Shown here: positions 25,336 through 25,898 of the stretch, one piece after another
How positions within the stretch are numbered: position 1 is the stretch's first letter
How the letters are laid out: every line of letters begins with the position of its first letter
Source: an uncultured Oscillospiraceae bacterium
GTDB taxonomy: Bacteria; Bacillota; Clostridia; Oscillospirales; Acutalibacteraceae
Length of the DNA stretch: 25,898 nt
Assembly: GCA_902462665.1 (NCBI GenBank)
Contig: CABQCM010000001.1
Location: 1 to 25,898, forward strand
Direction of reading: 5' to 3'
Notes under the pieces: model-generated
Database searches by the model: none
Seen by the model: only the letters and a program-made list of their open reading frames with translations
Told to the model about the DNA's origin: nothing
Translations under genes and position numbers: made by a program

Positions 25336-25647
25336 ATGGCAGCAAAAGAAAAAATTCGCATCAGACTCAAGGGTTACGATCATCAGCTGGTTGACCAGTC
25401 GGCTGAGAAGATCGTCGAGACCGCAAAGCGCACCGGCGCCCGCGTGTCGGGTCCCATCCCCCTTCCCACCGAGAAGGAGGTCGTCACCATCCTGCGCGCG
25501 GTCCACAAATATAAGGATTCCCGCGAGCAGTTTGAGATGCGCACCCACAAGCGCCTCATCGACATCCTCAGACCTTCCAACAAGACGGTGGAAGCCCTGA
25601 TGGGTCTGGAGCTCCCTGCCGGCGTTGAAATCGAGATTAAGCTCTGA
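25336..25647 (+). CDS. rpsJ: 30S ribosomal protein S10 (uS10)
   Basis: [40 protein letters not shown] and [20 protein letters not shown] before ATG 25336; the longer ORF from 25057 is an over-extension. Confidence 0.99.
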   Translation: MAAKEKIRIRLKGYDHQLVDQSAEKIVETAKRTGARVSGPIPLPTEKEVVTILRAVHKYKDSREQFEMRTHKRLIDILRPSNKTVEALMGLELPAGVEIEIKL

Positions 25648-25708
25648 TTTTTACCGGCGAGAGGTCACGTTGGCACACGCCAACCAATAACCGAAGGAGG
25701 AAAACAGC

Positions 25709-25898
25709 ATGAAAAAAGCAATCATCGGAAAAAAGCTCGGCATGACTCAGCTCTTTGACGAGAGCGGCAACGTCATCCCGGTCACCGTCGTCGAGGCTGG
25801 CCCCTGCATGGTCATCCAGAAGAAGACGGTCGAAAACGACGGCTACGAGGCCGTTCAGGTCGGGTTCGGCGAGGTCAAGGCAGGTAAGGTTAACAAGC
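25709..25898 (+). CDS. rplC: 50S ribosomal protein L3 (uL3), 3'-truncated by window edge
   Basis: Own translation [33 protein letters not shown]...[19 protein letters not shown]; follows rpsJ. Confidence 0.98.
   Translation, partial: MKKAIIGKKLGMTQLFDESGNVIPVTVVEAGPCMVIQKKTVENDGYEAVQVGFGEVKAGKVNK

Noticed and set aside
1..25898. CRISPR arrays, tRNA/rRNA genes, transposases, integrases, defence genes
   Set aside because: None was recognisable on either strand.

Overview
Chromosomal window from a Clostridia-type Firmicute. It is probably an Oscillospiraceae/Acutalibacteraceae-like organism (inferred from protein style and gene context) and probably lies near the replication origin. From left to right it holds: the 3' end of parA/soj, parB/spo0J, two parS sites, an acyl-ACP thioesterase and mnmG (gidA); a secreted S8 subtilase that appears to have a Glu-His-Ser triad, co-transcribed with a PrcB-like lipoprotein; a minus-strand DUF2975 / YozG-like XRE / DUF4153-like operon; a DUF4491 membrane protein; a ~12 kb seven-gene carbohydrate-uptake locus; a small XRE regulator with twin operators and a divergent promoter; and the promoter, leader RNA and first genes (rpsJ, partial rplC) of the S10 operon. 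The uptake locus has a giant CBM-like/solute-binding protein, four CUT1 permease subunits, an NHL-TPR-YIP1 fusion and a DUF5696-like protein, but no ATPase, regulator or recognisable hydrolase. The most notable observations are (i) this atypical multi-component uptake machine, (ii) a ~265 bp structured dispersed element present twice in inverted orientation (2351-2615 and 23685-23950) with a covarying hairpin, (iii) the subtilase/PrcB-like pair, and (iv) an XRE switch whose divergent promoter points at no convincing gene. All family assignments were made by eye from motifs; no database search was run.
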